Shown: piece after piece, positions 40,868 through 53,661 of the stretch
How the letters are laid out: each line of letters starts with the position of its first letter
Numbering within the stretch: position 1 is the stretch's first letter
Origin: an uncultured Verrucomicrobiae bacterium
GTDB lineage: Bacteria > Verrucomicrobiota > Verrucomicrobiia > Chthoniobacterales > JAFAMB01
NCBI GenBank assembly: GCA_963793135.1
Contig: CAWBYX010000005.1
Span: 129,203-193,202, forward strand
Reading direction: 5' to 3'
DNA: 64,000 nt
Position numbers and translations under genes: made by a program
Notes under the pieces: generated by a model
Databases searched by the model: none
Told to the model about the DNA's origin: nothing
Seen by the model: the letters and a program-made list of their open reading frames with translations, nothing else

Positions 40868-42151
40868 CTAATGACCGCCCAGCAACTTCAGATCCACAGA
40901 ATCGCCCATTGCTTTGTACCCCTCATCGTTCGGATGCAAATGATCGCCGGCGTCGTATTCTGCCCGAATCTTTGAGGGATGTTGTGGATCCCTGACAACG
41001 GCGTCAAAGTCAATGACGCCGTCATAGGCGCTGCTCCGCCGGATCCACTCGTTGACCGTCTGCCGCATCTTCTCTTTCTCGGGATTATAAAAGGTCTGCA
41101 GTGGCGCTCCGGCGAAGGAACCCTCAAAGGGCGTCAAGGTGGCGCCAATGACTTTGATGCCATGCAGGTGCGCCCTATCAATCAATTGCTGATAACCAGC
41201 GATGATCTTTTCTGCAGTGACTGGTTCTTCCGGCGGCGTCAGAAAGGTCCCCGGCCATCCAATGTCGTTGATGCCTTCCAAGATGACCACGTGGGATACA
41301 CTTGGCTGGCTCAGCACGTCACGGTCAAATCTCGCCAGCGCTTTGATCCCCATGCCGTCGCTTAGTACTCGGTTCCCCCCGATACCTTCGTTGACCACTG
41401 CAACTGCGCCGTACCCCGGCGCCTGACTCAGCCGCTCTGCCAAATGATCAGGCCAGCGATTATCGGTGTCTGGCGTTGAGCGCGCTCCATCAGTGATTGA
41501 ATCGCCGAAAGCAACTACCACCCGCGCGTCGGTCGGAGCATCGACCATTACGGCGGTTAGAAAAAAGCGGCTGGTCGCCGTTTCGCCCGCCGGCATTTTC
41601 TCGGCACTGACAAAATTGCCTAGAGAGGAGATGTAAGCAGTCTGCGCCGCTTCAAGATGGTAAGTCCTAACCTCGGCTCGTTGCTCAAAGTACAGGCTGA
41701 CCGCCAGGTGCGTTAATGGAGCCACTTTGAGCTCGACCGGATCGCTTAGCACCGGAGCACCCGGTAAGAGTGTAACCGAGGGCTTTCCGTTAAAGGTAAG
41801 CGCTCGATCGGTATCCGTTTGAATTGACCCTGCGATTCCCGCGACAGCGATATGGGCTGCCTCCACTTCGACAGGTCGGAAACCAAACTCGTTTGACAGG
41901 CGCACTCGTACTCTCTCCCCGCCCAAACTGATCCGTACCACCTGACGTACGGTCTGGTCAAAAAATCCTGCCGGTATCGGACCAGCCCATGGCGGCATCG
42001 GCCCGGCCGTCCAGGTATTGATCCAATGGTCGTTGCTCCTTGGGGTTTCGGCCGATAGTGCATTCAAGCACCAACTAGTGGCCATCAAGGCCAATCCCAA
42101 AAAGCCAATTCGTCTTCGATAACCCATCGCGAGAAGGCCCAGCTTTTTCAT
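40868..42151 (-). CDS. SGNH/GDSL-family hydrolase, secreted
   Basis: 427-aa ORF. Block I VVAFGDSITDG, block III EGINDIG, block V GDHLHPNDEGYKAMGD. Has an N-terminal signal peptide. Confidence 0.85.
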   Translation of the reverse strand: MKKLGLLAMGYRRRIGFLGLALMATSWCLNALSAETPRSNDHWINTWTAGPMPPWAGPIPAGFFDQTVRQVVRISLGGERVRVRLSNEFGFRPVEVEAAHIAVAGIAGSIQTDTDRALTFNGKPSVTLLPGAPVLSDPVELKVAPLTHLAVSLYFEQRAEVRTYHLEAAQTAYISSLGNFVSAEKMPAGETATSRFFLTAVMVDAPTDARVVVAFGDSITDGARSTPDTDNRWPDHLAERLSQAPGYGAVAVVNEGIGGNRVLSDGMGIKALARFDRDVLSQPSVSHVVILEGINDIGWPGTFLTPPEEPVTAEKIIAGYQQLIDRAHLHGIKVIGATLTPFEGSFAGAPLQTFYNPEKEKMRQTVNEWIRRSSAYDGVIDFDAVVRDPQHPSKIRAEYDAGDHLHPNDEGYKAMGDSVDLKLLGGH

Positions 42152-42357
42152 TTCCTTGGGGGATTGTGATACAACCAGAGACGCCTAATCCGATGCGGTG
42201 AAGATGGCAATAAAATATCTGGATGGTATTTCAATCTGTTAAGTCAGGAAGGGTGAGTGGGCGGCGTAAGGTGCAGATGCCACGCAAGCCTCACCGTGGC
42301 AATATCGACCTGACCGCGAGCGGTTGGAACTCGAGAAGAGATTAGAGGAATTTCCTT

Positions 42358-42525
42358 ATCGTTGTCTCTCGTGGTCGCCGTCGTCCTCGCTCTGCCGGTG
42401 AGGAAAGCAATCGAGCACGATTAGGGGGAAGACGCCGGAATTCCTGATCGTACTCGTGGTCGTTGTCGTCCTCGCTCTGCTGGCCAGGAAAGCACACGAG
42501 CACGAGCACGAGGACGAGTGACGAT
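42358..42525. repeat. two tandem hairpin units of the GGAAAGCA-CGAGCACGA family
   Basis: Unit 1: ...TCGTGGTCGCCGTCGTCCTCGCTCTGCCGGTGAGGAAAGCAATCGAGCACGAT. Unit 2: CTGATCGTACTCGTGGTCGTTGTCGTCCTCGCTCTGCTGGCCAGGAAAGCACACGAGCACGAGCACGAGGACGAGTGACGATTAAGA. The same family occurs at 53465-53606. Confidence 0.85.
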
Positions 42526-42535
42526 TAAGATGGAG

Positions 42536-42579
42536 CCGAAAACGAGAGAACCCCGACCGGCTTTCACCGGGCGGGGTTC
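42536..42579 (-). terminator. intrinsic terminator of the rrn operon
   Basis: Minus-strand GAACCCCGCCCGGtgaaagCCGGTCGGGGTTC (12 bp with one mismatch), then TCTCGTTTTCGG. It begins 3 nt after the 5S 3' end. Confidence 0.8.
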
Positions 42580-42582
42580 ATA

Positions 42583-42700
42583 ATTCTGGCGACGTCCTAC
42601 TCTCGCACAACCTAGAGATGCACTACCATTGGGGCTGCAGCGTTTCACTTCCGTGTTCGGAATGGGAACGGGTGGGACCACTGCGCTATGATCACCAGAA
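42583..42700 (-). rRNA. rrf: 5S ribosomal RNA
   Basis: Sense strand TTCTGGTGATCATAGCGCAGTGGTCCCACCCGTTCCCATTCCGAACACGGAAGTGAAACGCTGCAGCCCCAATGGTAGTG...GGACGTCGCCAGAAT. The conserved CCGAACACGGAAGT block is present and the ends pair. Confidence 0.93.
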
Positions 42701-42989
42701 GGCTGGTGAAGCTGAAACTAGCCCGTGGGGGAAAACTTCGGGGGCGGTCTTTTCTCAACTTCACCAGAAAATCTGGTCACCGACTTTGATCGCGCCGGCC
42801 AGCTCGAGGACTGGAACTGTTCCAGCCAGTGCGCGGCCAGCGCTTTCCTTGAAAGAACAAGGTGTTCTCTGAAATCTGCATATTGGAAGAAACTTTGGAT
42901 CTGAACTTTCAAAAATTGATTGCACTGTGCCTCCGATCGTAGGGACCTGCTCTCGCTTGCGCGGACAGGACCGATCAGACAGCAGAAAC

Positions 42990-46011
<3,022 letters not shown>

Positions 46012-46221
46012 ATTTTGATATCTGTTAGAAGTGAAGGCGAACCTCCACTTCTATTCTCCAAAGTTGTACTTTCTACCCAATATGCAGATGTCAAAGAACA
46101 CTTTTCCGCGTGTGGCGGAAAGGGGGTCTGGTCTGAGCTTTTAGACTCTCGCCAAACGTCAAAATGGTATGTCTTGCTAGGAATGCGAGGAACGGAAAAG
46201 CCAAACCGCACTGCTCGGGTC

Positions 46222-46298
46222 TGGTGGGCCTGACTGGGCTCGAACCAGTGACCCTGCGCTTATCAAGCGCATGCTCTAACCAACTGAGCTACAGGCCC
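46222..46298 (-). tRNA. tRNA-Ile (anticodon GAT), CCA encoded
   Basis: Sense strand GGGCCTGTAGCTCAGTTGGTTAGAGCATGCGCTTGATAAGCGCAGGGTCACTGGTTCGAGCCCAGTCAGGCCCACCA. Very similar to E. coli tRNA-Ile(GAU). Confidence 0.93.
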
Positions 46299-46393
46299 AA
46301 GGTCCGGTGACCACAGTTTCCACCTGGCTCCTTCCGAAGCTCTGGCCTGCCAAACCCCGACTTTCCTAGTCCAATGACCCGGAAAATAAAGTT

Positions 46394-46466
46394 TGGAGGT
46401 AAGGGGACTCGAACCCCTGACCTATAGCTTGCAAAGCTACCGCTCTACCAACTGAGCTATACCCCC
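46394..46466 (-). tRNA. tRNA-Ala (anticodon TGC)
   Basis: Sense strand GGGGGTATAGCTCAGTTGGTAGAGCGGTAGCTTTGCAAGCTATAGGTCAGGGGTTCGAGTCCCCTTACCTCCA. Carries the G3:U70 identity pair. Confidence 0.93.
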
Positions 46467-46690
46467 GGAGTTTTTCAGTCCGGCGGCCGCCGGATCAAAC
46501 GGCGTTCGCTGATGATATCCGGCCTCGCGATGTCCAGCAAAAACTGAATTGTGCGCTACCGTTTCAGTCTTTTGAGCCCGGCGACCTTTCGGTCGACCAG
46601 GTCTTGCAGCATAACGATCCATCCTCGAACGGACGAATAAGACCGCGTTAGCTGTCGACCTCTCAATCCCTATCTAAGTGGGAAAGAGTG

Positions 46691-48300
<1,610 letters not shown>

Positions 48301-48393
48301 GTAGAAAGTTTTTATGTACCCCAACTTTCAGTTGATTGTCGGGGATAAAAATTCTGACCTGTAAGTTCTTGATCTCTTTTTCCGGTACACACC

Positions 48394-48406
48394 AGAGAAA
48401 GAGCAA
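48394..48406 (-). promoter_or_regulatory. boxA-like antitermination element in the rrn leader
   Basis: Minus-strand TTGCTCTTTCTCT. The core TGCTCTTT is identical to E. coli rrn boxA TGCTCTTTAACAA. It lies about 95 nt upstream of the 16S 5' end. Confidence 0.5.
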
Positions 48407-48698
48407 GATTTGTCGGTCATTACAAAATATAAGATTCAAAAGAATCTGACGTATAACGCACAACACAATTTTTGCTGACATACCATTCTGAGGTTTTGGA
48501 AAATCTCAGAACCAAACTTTCAATGAACGGGGTTCTCTTTCGTTTCAGGCGACAAAAAAACTCAACTTGGATTCCGGCTAAACTGGTACTGCTTTTCTCA
48601 ATTCAACCGGGACAAAATTGAGCCAATTTGAAGTCCCAAAACTATAAGAACCGTTCCGATCTTTCGACCGGCGCCGCTGATATCATCAGCGGATGTTA

Positions 48699-48726
48699 CC
48701 TATACCTGCTCAGAGTTTCTGGTCAA
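48699..48726 (-). promoter_or_regulatory. candidate rrn promoter (TTGACC-16 nt-TATAGG) with an A/T-rich upstream element
   Basis: Minus-strand TTGCAAAATTTGCG-TTGACC-agaaactctgagcagg-TATAGG. It is the only good -35 hexamer I see in the AT-rich 48.3-48.9 kb spacer. Confidence 0.3.
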
Positions 48727-48764
48727 CGCAAATTTTGCAAAATTTCGTTCACCTCGCCCTCCGA

Positions 48765-48791
48765 GCCGCCCGACTTATTGGGTCGGGCCGC
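48765..48791 (-). terminator. GC hairpin downstream of ubiX
   Basis: GCGGCCCGACccaataaGTCGGGCGGC on the minus strand. No clear U-tract. Confidence 0.3.
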
Positions 48792-48937
48792 AGAGATTAG
48801 CGATCTTTTGAAAGCGTGCAACTGGATTTTCGGAATTATTTCGATTTTTGTCTGACCCTTGCCGCATTTCGCCTCTGAGGAAGTCGGCTGCCGGAGAAGT
48901 CGATACGAGCCGAGCGATCACGAGCACGATTGAAAGG

Positions 48938-49492
48938 CTATTCGCCGGGTTCGAACCAGCGGAAGGCTTTGGGAGAGGGAAGGCCAATCTGGTCAAGAAT
49001 ACGATGAACGATGGTATCAGCGAGCTCCTCGACGGATGCCGGCCTGCTGTAGAAGGAAGGGGATGCCGGCATAATAATGGCACCAGCCTCCAGCAGGGTC
49101 GCACAATTGCGGATATGAATCAGATTCCAGGGAGTTTCCCGCGGCACCAAAATCAGCTTTCGCCTTTCCTTGAGAAAAACGTCGGCGGCGCGAAGAATCG
49201 ATGAATCGCTGGTACCCGCTGCGATGCGTCCAAGGGTCCCCATGGTGCAGGGGACGATGACCATGGCGTCAAAATAGGTCGAGCCGCTCGCGAACGGCAC
49301 ATTCATGCTGCGATCATTGTGCTCGTGGACGCCGGCAGGCACCTGCAGTTCGCCCAATTCTTCCCGAATCACTTGCTTAGCAAAAGGGCTCAGCACGAAA
49401 TGAATCTCGTTTCGGACGCAGTCGATTTGTGCCAACAAGCGCTGCAAATAGATCGCGCCGCTGGCTCCAGTCCCGGCGATGACGAGTTTCAT
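48938..49492 (-). CDS. ubiX: flavin prenyltransferase UbiX
   Basis: 184-aa ORF. MKLVIAGTGASGAIY..., MVIVPCTMGTLGRIAAGTSDS, and LILVPRETP. Confidence 0.9.
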   Translation of the reverse strand: MKLVIAGTGASGAIYLQRLLAQIDCVRNEIHFVLSPFAKQVIREELGELQVPAGVHEHNDRSMNVPFASGSTYFDAMVIVPCTMGTLGRIAAGTSDSSILRAADVFLKERRKLILVPRETPWNLIHIRNCATLLEAGAIIMPASPSFYSRPASVEELADTIVHRILDQIGLPSPKAFRWFEPGE

Positions 49493-49496
49493 GGGA

Positions 49497-49607
49497 AGTG
49501 TCAGTGTCAGTTGTCAGTGTCAGTTGCCAGTGAAGTTGCCAGTTGCCAAGTGGGAATCATTTCGTCTCGCCCTCCTTAACTGACAACTGCCACTGACACT
49601 GACAACT
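49497..49607. repeat. imperfect palindrome built from TGTCAGT/TGCCAGT words between xylB and ubiX
   Basis: Left arm GTGTCAGTGTCAGTTGTCAGTGTCAGTTGCCAGTGAAGTTGCCAGTTGCCAAGTG. Right arm AACTGACAACTGCCACTGACACTGACAACTT. Confidence 0.9.
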
Positions 49608-49610
49608 TCT

Positions 49611-51110
49611 TTAGAGGAATCCCCCGCTGGCCAGGCGTTGAGTCAGGCCTTTGAAGCGGCTGAAGGCATCCTGATAAAGAGCGGCTGTGGCAGGCGCAGG
49701 GACGGCGCGCGACGACTCATCGAGCTTGACCACTGCGTCGAGGAGTTGCACAAGGTTGGCGGACTTGTTGTTCACCAGACGATCGACCCAGGCCCCATGC
49801 ATGGCCGCACCGAGAGCAGCTCCTTCGGCGGTCGCCAGACAAACGACCGGGATTCGAAAGATGTCCGCACAGATCTGCCGCCAGATCCGGCTTTTACTGC
49901 CTCCTCCAGTCAGGCGAATCTCGGACGGCTTGATCCCTAGAGAACGGAACCGATTCAAACCATAGGCCAATCCCAAGGTCACTCCTTCCATGGTTGCTCT
50001 GGCGAGGTTGGCAGGTGTCATGTTCGCAGTGGTGAGGCCGTGAAAGACTCCAACACCGTTCGGAAGATTCGGCGTCCGTTCACCGACGAGATAGGGCAGA
50101 AAAATGATCCCTCCCGCACCGGGAGGCGCTCCTGCCACGGTGGAGTCCAGCTGGGCAAGGTCCCAACCAAACATTTTACGAATATGCTCGGTTGCGACGG
50201 TGACGTTCATCGTGCAAACCAGCGGGAGCCATTTATCGGTGCTGTCGCAAAAAGCGGCCACTTCCCCTTGAGGATCGACCACCGGCTCGGGCGAGTAGGC
50301 ATAGACCGTCCCCGAAGTGCCAAGACTGACGGTCACAACCCCGGCACTGACGTTACCAGTACCGATGGCGCCCATCATGTTATCGCCGCCGCCGGCGGAG
50401 ATGATTGGACTGTTCTTCAGCCCCCATTTTGTCCGCAAATTTTCTCGAAGCAAACCGACCGCTTGGCGCGAGGAACCGACAGGCGGCAATTTTTCGAGCA
50501 GCGCTTCGTCGATGAACCCGATGACCGGTTCGCACCATTGGCGTGTCTTGATGTCAAGTAACCCGGTCCCGGAGGCGTCGCCGTATTCCATGCGCTTTTC
50601 CCCGGACAACCAGAAGTTGATGTAATCATGAGGCAAAAGGATCGTATCGACGGCTTCGAAATTCTCGGGCTCGCGCTGTTTCAACCAAAGAATTTTGGGA
50701 GCGGTCCAGCCTGGCAACATCGTGTTGCCGATGAGCTTGATCAGCGCCGTTTCGCCTCCGAATTCGTCGATGATCTCTTTGCATTGTTCCGAAGTCGAGG
50801 TGTCACACCAGAGTTTGGCTGGTCGAATGACTTGACTGGCCGAGTTCAGGACCACGAGGCCATGCTGCTGACCGCTCACTCCGATGGCGCGGATTTGGTC
50901 TTTTCGTTCACCGATTTGCTTGAGACAAGCTTGAATCGTCTTGTCAACCGCGTCGATCCAGGCTCTGGGATCCTGCTCCATATGCCCATCGGGCAGCCCG
51001 GGGATCAAATCGTAATTTTGTTGAGAAGTCGCCAGAATTCCACCTGTCTCGAGATCAACGACGATGGATTTAGTGCTTTGCGTGCCGCTATCGATGCCGA
51101 TGTAGAGCAT
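49611..51110 (-). CDS. xylB: xylulokinase (FGGY carbohydrate kinase)
   Basis: 499-aa ORF. MLYIGIDSGTQSTKSIV, GVSGQQHGLV, and GGGDNMMGAIGTG. Confidence 0.85.
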   Translation of the reverse strand: MLYIGIDSGTQSTKSIVVDLETGGILATSQQNYDLIPGLPDGHMEQDPRAWIDAVDKTIQACLKQIGERKDQIRAIGVSGQQHGLVVLNSASQVIRPAKLWCDTSTSEQCKEIIDEFGGETALIKLIGNTMLPGWTAPKILWLKQREPENFEAVDTILLPHDYINFWLSGEKRMEYGDASGTGLLDIKTRQWCEPVIGFIDEALLEKLPPVGSSRQAVGLLRENLRTKWGLKNSPIISAGGGDNMMGAIGTGNVSAGVVTVSLGTSGTVYAYSPEPVVDPQGEVAAFCDSTDKWLPLVCTMNVTVATEHIRKMFGWDLAQLDSTVAGAPPGAGGIIFLPYLVGERTPNLPNGVGVFHGLTTANMTPANLARATMEGVTLGLAYGLNRFRSLGIKPSEIRLTGGGSKSRIWRQICADIFRIPVVCLATAEGAALGAAMHGAWVDRLVNNKSANLVQLLDAVVKLDESSRAVPAPATAALYQDAFSRFKGLTQRLASGGFL

Positions 51111-51226
51111 AGGAATGAGGAGACTGCCACAAATCGAGCCCGACTCACAAATCCCAAAATTCGCCTTCGTCGAATTTTATCATCTCTTAATGGCTGGCGC
51201 GATTCATGTGTGGCAGTTTGGAGTCT

Positions 51227-51601
51227 ATGGTTAGCAAGCTCCTCCACACCCGTTTCCGGGTCTCTGACCTGGAAAAGACTGTTCATTTTTATAAGGACGT
51301 ACTTGGCTTGGAAGAAACTCAACGTTCAAAGTCCCCCCGCGGCTCGGAACTGGTCTTCTTCAAGGCTCCTGGCAGTGAAGAAGAGATTGAGATTTGCAAG
51401 TTCGATGAGAGCGGTCCTGTCAATGTTGGTTTCGACATCACGCACCTCGCGTTCGAGGTGGATGACCTCGAAGCATTCGCTCAGCAAGCCGCCAAAAAAG
51501 GCTATCCGCTTTCCGATGGTCCGACTAAGACTAGCAGCGGAAGTATTATCGCTTTTATCGATGCGCCGGAAGGCTACGAAATCGAACTCATCCAGCACTG
51601 A
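51227..51601 (+). CDS. VOC-family protein / lactoylglutathione lyase-like (glyoxalase I)
   Basis: ORF 51206-51601, with an ATG at 51227. LLHTRFRVSDLEKTVHFYKDVLGL and ITHLAFEVDD...GYEIELIQ. Confidence 0.75.
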   Translation: MVSKLLHTRFRVSDLEKTVHFYKDVLGLEETQRSKSPRGSELVFFKAPGSEEEIEICKFDESGPVNVGFDITHLAFEVDDLEAFAQQAAKKGYPLSDGPTKTSSGSIIAFIDAPEGYEIELIQH

Positions 51602-52583
51602 AAGGAGTGGCCGCCAGCGCCCGAAAATCAGTAAAGACCCGGTCTGGAAAGCCGAGTGCGACGGTGAGCTGAAACTTTTTCTCCAGCGGATTACGAATTG
51701 AACGGATCCGCTGGTAAGTGGCTTTGGTGATCCACCCTTTGCGCCGGGACCAAAAAGCGGTACTGACGACCGGGTAGTCACTTCCGTATAGAATCTGGCG
51801 GGGATCTTCTCGAAGCCGGTCGAGCGTCCGGAGATGAGTGATCTGCGAGAGCGCGGAGAGATCCCCGTACAGATTGGGAAAAGATTTTCGCATCTGGTCA
51901 AACTGATCGAAATAATCCTGATCCCATGGCAAGGCTGGAGCTCCGCAATGTGCGGCGATGACAGTGACTCCGGATTGAAGGGGTAGCCGGAGGGTCTCAA
52001 CGCTTTGGAGGTCTCGGCGGTGGGTGGGTAAAGAGAACTCACCTCCGGTATGGGCCAAGAGCGGGAGATTCAATCGAGCCATCCGCTCCCAGAACGGTTT
52101 ATAGATCTCGCGGTTACAATCGACGGCCTGCACACAGGGCAGGAGTTTCATCAGGACGGCACCGGCAGCCGCGCAACGCTCCAGTTCAGCAATGGCATCC
52201 GACCGCGCCGGGTGAATGGAGACCGCCGGTAGAAATTCCGGGTGACGCCTGGAAAGCTCGAGGACATAATCGTTCGGCACAAAAAGGCCGGACAGACCTG
52301 GAAATGGATGACCGGTCTCGTCATAGAGATCGTCACAAGCGAGAATCACCGCCTGCCCAAGCGTGGATTCTTGAATCCAGCCCAGCAGTCTTTCGACATA
52401 GAGTTGATCCAAGGCCGGATCGCCCGGAGAGGTCTTGAGGCCGACGTCCGCGGCCATTAAATCGAGGAAAGGCCGCTGCCACCAGCGCGGCGTAATTCGG
52501 CAACCGGAGCCCGACTTTCCATTTCCTAAGACATGGACATGCATGTCAACCGGGTGAAGGCTACCTGTGATGGCCACCGACAT
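51588..52583 (-). CDS. amidohydrolase-family metal-dependent hydrolase (TIM barrel)
   Basis: 331-aa ORF. N-terminal VDMHVHV (HxH metal site), later LLAHTGG and GSDYPV. Confidence 0.7.
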   Translation of the reverse strand: MSVAITGSLHPVDMHVHVLGNGKSGSGCRITPRWWQRPFLDLMAADVGLKTSPGDPALDQLYVERLLGWIQESTLGQAVILACDDLYDETGHPFPGLSGLFVPNDYVLELSRRHPEFLPAVSIHPARSDAIAELERCAAAGAVLMKLLPCVQAVDCNREIYKPFWERMARLNLPLLAHTGGEFSLPTHRRDLQSVETLRLPLQSGVTVIAAHCGAPALPWDQDYFDQFDQMRKSFPNLYGDLSALSQITHLRTLDRLREDPRQILYGSDYPVVSTAFWSRRKGWITKATYQRIRSIRNPLEKKFQLTVALGFPDRVFTDFRALAATPFSAG

Positions 52584-53384
52584 AGAAATTTCAGCCTACT
52601 CCATATGGGCGGATCTGCAGAAGATTCGTTCGACGAATCCTCTCGTTCACAACATCACCAATTCCGTGGTCCAGGATTTCACGGCGAACGCCCTTCTTGC
52701 ACTGGGTGCGTCGCCGATCATGTCGGATTGCGTGGACGAAACTGAGGAGCTAGTCGCCGTCTCGAACGCGCTCAACATCAACATCGGCACACCAAATCCC
52801 AATCCATGGAAGCGATGCGAACGGCGATCAGGGCGGCGCGAGAACTCGGGAGACCGGTGGCCCTTGACCCCGTGGCCGTCGGGGCCACCAAGCTGCGCCG
52901 GACCCTGATCGAACAACTCCTGCAGACCGGCATTCCGACGATCGTTCGTGGAAATCTGGCCGAAATCTCGGTGTTGGCTGGAATGGAATGGGGAGGCAAA
53001 GGCGTTGACTCGAGCGTCGAACTCCAAGAACCGGGAGAAATCGTGCGCAAGGCAGCGCTGCAGATCGGTTGCGGAGTGGTTGGCACAGGAAAAATCGACT
53101 ACGCCTCGGATGGAGAAAGGGTTTTCTCGATCGCAAACGGCCATTCCATGATGACACGCGTCACGGGCATGGGCTGTGTCGCCACCTCGATCGTGGCGGC
53201 ATTTCTGGCCGTGCAGCCAATTCCTCTGGTGGCCGCTATTCACGCGATGGCGTTCATCGGTGTGGCTGGAGAATGGGCGGCTGAACGTGCTCAAACTGAA
53301 GGAGCTGGGACATTCCGCGTGAAGTTCCTGGACAGTTTCGAAAGGCTCGAGCTCGGAGACTTCAGGCAGTGCTCACGCTCGTGA
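52570..53384 (+). CDS. thiM: hydroxyethylthiazole kinase, one frameshift as sequenced
   Basis: ORFs 52567-52908 and 52806-53384. [30 protein letters not shown]...[10 protein letters not shown] continues as [28 protein letters not shown] in the next frame. The junction is at about 52798-52806. Confidence 0.8.
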
Positions 53385-53389
53385 GCTCA

Positions 53390-53412
53390 GGTAGGGTGAG
53401 GCTCCGTCCGAG
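53390..53412. repeat. half-unit of the GGGCGAGGC family
   Basis: GGTAGGGTGAGGCTCCGTCCGAG compared with GGTAGGGCGAGGCTCCGTCCGAG at 26933-26955. Confidence 0.8.
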
Positions 53413-53464
53413 ATGCTCGTCTCGAACCGGGTCTTGCCCTCATTCGTCCTCGTCCTCGTTCTTT

Positions 53465-53606
53465 CCTGATCGTCCTCGTCGTCGTCCTCGTCCTCGGGGA
53501 AAGCAATCGAGCACGACGACGAGGACGATAAAGAAGCGGCGGATCCTGATCGTGCTCGTGTCTGGTTAGGCGAAAGCAATCGAGCACGACGACGAGACGA
53601 TAAAGA
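53465..53606. repeat. two tandem hairpin units of the GGAAAGCA-CGAGCACGA family
   Basis: Unit 1 contains a perfect 16-bp inverted repeat, ATCGTCCTCGTCGTCG (53468-53483) / CGACGACGAGGACGAT (53513-53528), around GGGGAAAGCAATCGAGCA. Unit 2: CTGATCGTGCTCGTGTCTGGTTAGGCGAAAGCAATCGAGCACGACGACGAGACGATAAAGA. Confidence 0.9.
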
Positions 53607-53661
53607 CGCGGATTTCGGACGTGGTAGTCCTGTCCGTTACCGGCGCCAATAGCCTGACGCG

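Noticed and set aside
46090-46100. boxA-like TGTTCTTTGAC in the 16S-23S spacer
   Set aside because: It forms part of the long duplex that pairs with 42863-42904 (the 23S processing stem). Complementarity explains its sequence, so an antitermination role cannot be claimed separately. The leader boxA at 48394-48406 is the better candidate.
49507-49560. 17-codon mini-ORF (MIPTWQLATSLATDTDN) with an AAGGAGG 10 nt upstream, in the loop and arm of the xylB-ubiX palindrome
   Set aside because: Most of the ORF is the repeat array itself, so the open frame is a by-product of the word composition. SD spacing is long, and no independent evidence is obtainable from the sequence alone.
50628-52042. ORFs 50628-51701 (+, 357 aa) and 51326-52042 (-, 238 aa)
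   Set aside because: The first is antisense to xylB and out of frame with the glyoxalase gene. The second is antisense to the glyoxalase gene and out of frame with the amidohydrolase. Neither has motifs. The xylB, glyoxalase and amidohydrolase calls explain the region.
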